From assembly GCA_029570375.1 (NCBI GenBank), contig JAKPXB010000040.1:27464-91463 (forward strand): a DNA stretch of 64,000 nt, given 5' to 3'. This document shows, piece after piece, positions 62,833-64,000 of the stretch; within the stretch, counting starts at the first letter, position 1; each line of letters begins with the position of its first letter. This DNA comes from Bacillota bacterium (GTDB lineage: Bacteria > Bacillota > Clostridia > Saccharofermentanales > DTU023). The notes beneath the pieces were generated by a model. The model saw nothing but the letters and a program-made list of their open reading frames with translations. It did not search any database and was not told the origin of the DNA. Made by a program: the position numbers and the translations under genes.

Positions 62833-63066
62833 CAGGAAATTCTTCACTCCGCGACCAGCCCGTCTGGGTCACAACCCGGCGGCGCTGATCGCTACAGCCG
62901 GAGCTTTTTCGATCTTTTTAAGAAGCATTATTTACACTGGGGAATTGTCCGCCATCTGCAGGACCTTCGATTCCCGTGTGGATACAGGGTATTTCCGCAG
63001 GCAACATGTTATCTTGTCGTCATTACGTATGCACTGATTGCAAGAACTCATCCCCGATCGCCGCCT

Positions 63067-63453
63067 TTATTTATAATGATTCGGCGCTTCATCTTTCAGG
63101 CTGATAAAGTAACCGTAGGCTTCATGTGCGGGGAAATGCACAAGCTGATCATAGGAGGCGTGACAGAGCAGATACGGCTCTTCAATTTCTACACAGACGA
63201 CTTCCCCGCCGCGTGTCCTGTTACACTTGTTTGTCCTTCGGCATACGGTCACATCGTAACCCCGCTCCGCCAGCCGATCGCGCTCCGCCTTCACGATGGC
63301 GTCCATGTCGATCGGATCCTCGTCGGGATTAACACCTGGATTATGAAAGGCGTAAATACCGATGTAGCTACAGGCACCGTTATCCAACCAAAACCTCCTG
63401 TGAAAACTTTTCACCCTTTCATCTGTTAGACGTTTTGTGAAGAAAAACCTCAC
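63067..63453 (-). CDS. Hypothetical protein
   Basis: 128-aa ORF with normal-looking composition. I recognise no motif, and its start is not supported by a clear RBS. Confidence 0.35.
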   Translation of the reverse strand: MRFFFTKRLTDERVKSFHRRFWLDNGACSYIGIYAFHNPGVNPDEDPIDMDAIVKAERDRLAERGYDVTVCRRTNKCNRTRGGEVVCVEIEEPYLLCHASYDQLVHFPAHEAYGYFISLKDEAPNHYK

Positions 63454-63493
63454 ACTTGTCTTCGACCGGCTGCCACAGCGCGAAAAATGGCCA

Positions 63494-63546
63494 GGCGCTG
63501 GTCTGGGATTGGCTAAGAATGACCCGGCACTGGTCTGGGATTAGCT
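63494..63546. repeat. Intergenic direct repeat, two 21-nt copies spaced 32 nt apart
   Basis: ggcGctggtctgggattGgct (63494-63514) and ggcActggtctgggattAgct (63526-63546) match at 19 of 21 positions. Confidence 0.8.
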
Positions 63547-63614
63547 GCCGCGGAGCGCGGTGTGTAGCGGGCATGACAAATGCGTTCGAACATATTTGAC
63601 CTGACAAAATAATA

Positions 63615-63663
63615 AAACGCGGGCCGCGGTGGTGGATATGAATCCCCGCCGCAGTCCGCGTTT
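63615..63663 (-). terminator. Rho-independent terminator of the MalK-type ATPase gene
   Basis: Arms aaacgcgg (63615-63622) / ccgcgttt (63656-63663) with GC-rich inner pairing. On the minus strand ttttattatttt follows. It lies 45 nt after the stop at 63709. Confidence 0.6.
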
Positions 63664-63708
63664 CAGGTCTCATTCAATTCAGTTCACGCGTTCCCGGTCG
63701 GAGTCCTG

Positions 63709-64000
63709 TCAGTTGATGCGCTCGGTCGTCTCCGCGTCGAAGAAGTGGAGCCCGTCGACATCAAAGTGGAAGTTGTGCTCTTCATCCACGGCGTACTCGA
63801 AGTACCCGGGCTCGGAGATGACGCACTCTTTCCCGTTCGGAAATTTACAGTAGAGGAGCTGTTCTTTGCCGAGCATTTCAATGACGTCGACTTTGACGTG
63901 GACCGTGTTCTTGTCGGCCAGGCCGGCGATGAAGCGCTCAGAGCGGATGCCCATGGCTACTTTTTTGCCTTCGAAAGGCTTCAAAAGCGCGAGGTCTTCC
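63709..64000 (-). CDS. Sugar ABC transporter ATP-binding protein (MalK/MsmX/UgpC type), C-terminal regulatory domain only (5' end outside window)
   Basis: The frame is open to the window edge. The tail ...KVAMGIRSERF...VHVKVDVIEMLGKEQLLY...HFFDAETTERIN resembles the TOBE-like C-domain of MalK-type ATPases. Confidence 0.6.
   Translation of the reverse strand, partial: EDLALLKPFEGKKVAMGIRSERFIAGLADKNTVHVKVDVIEMLGKEQLLYCKFPNGKECVISEPGYFEYAVDEEHNFHFDVDGLHFFDAETTERIN

Noticed and set aside
63494-63546. The direct repeats as a CRISPR array remnant
   Set aside because: There are only two imperfect 21-nt copies with an 11-nt spacer and no cas genes. An operator-like element is more plausible.
1-64000. 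Prophage, integrative element or defence island
   Set aside because: No integrase, transposase, recombinase, tRNA target, flanking long direct repeats or recognisable defence genes were seen. The tad locus has the same codon style and GC as its surroundings by eye.

Overview
This 64-kb window looks like chromosome from a moderately GC-rich monoderm bacterium, probably Clostridia (inferred from gene content and RBS style). I saw no rRNA, tRNA, CRISPR array, transposase or integrase. About 55 protein genes are supportable. Many long ORFs in the track are antisense shadow ORFs or 5' over-extensions, and I re-set about 20 starts using RBS position and neighbouring stop codons. Gene content runs as follows. 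(1) 1-4189: a BMP-family nucleoside-type ABC importer. (2) 4442-6273: ridA and mgtE. (3) 6953-26935: the main accessory feature, a 15-gene, single-strand Tad/Flp-type pilus locus. Its machinery genes are TadZ-like, CpaF, TadB, TadC, an Flp-like pilin, two TadE-like pseudopilins, a 1258-aa TadG-like protein and an A24 prepilin peptidase. These are followed without a break by a WG-repeat membrane protein, an FHA protein, a PP2C phosphatase, a membrane Hanks kinase, a Pro-rich membrane protein and a 933-aa Ig-like type I membrane protein. The FHA protein and the Ig-like protein's cytoplasmic tail share an FGETT[VS]L threonine motif. (4) 27364-30955: a poly-Thr surface protein, a polytopic-membrane LuxR regulator and a class-I amidotransferase. 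(5) 31314-36290: an xdhC-led operon with a FecCD/BtuC-type ABC importer whose permease is fused to a THEP1-like NTPase. (6) 36520-44325: a ROK kinase, an esterase, an M20 amidohydrolase and hutU-ftcD-hutI. (7) 44505-51614: two ABC exporter half-transporters, yedF plus a DUF3343-like gene, a TPR/DUF3298-like lipoprotein and pcp. (8) 51666-59777: a cdd / BMP ABC importer / psuK / psuG / udp nucleoside and pseudouridine operon. (9) 60033-64000: malQ, a citC-like ligase, a hypothetical gene and a partial MalK-type ATPase. The best candidate for an uncharacterised system is the Tad pilus locus with its own Ser/Thr phospho-signalling module.
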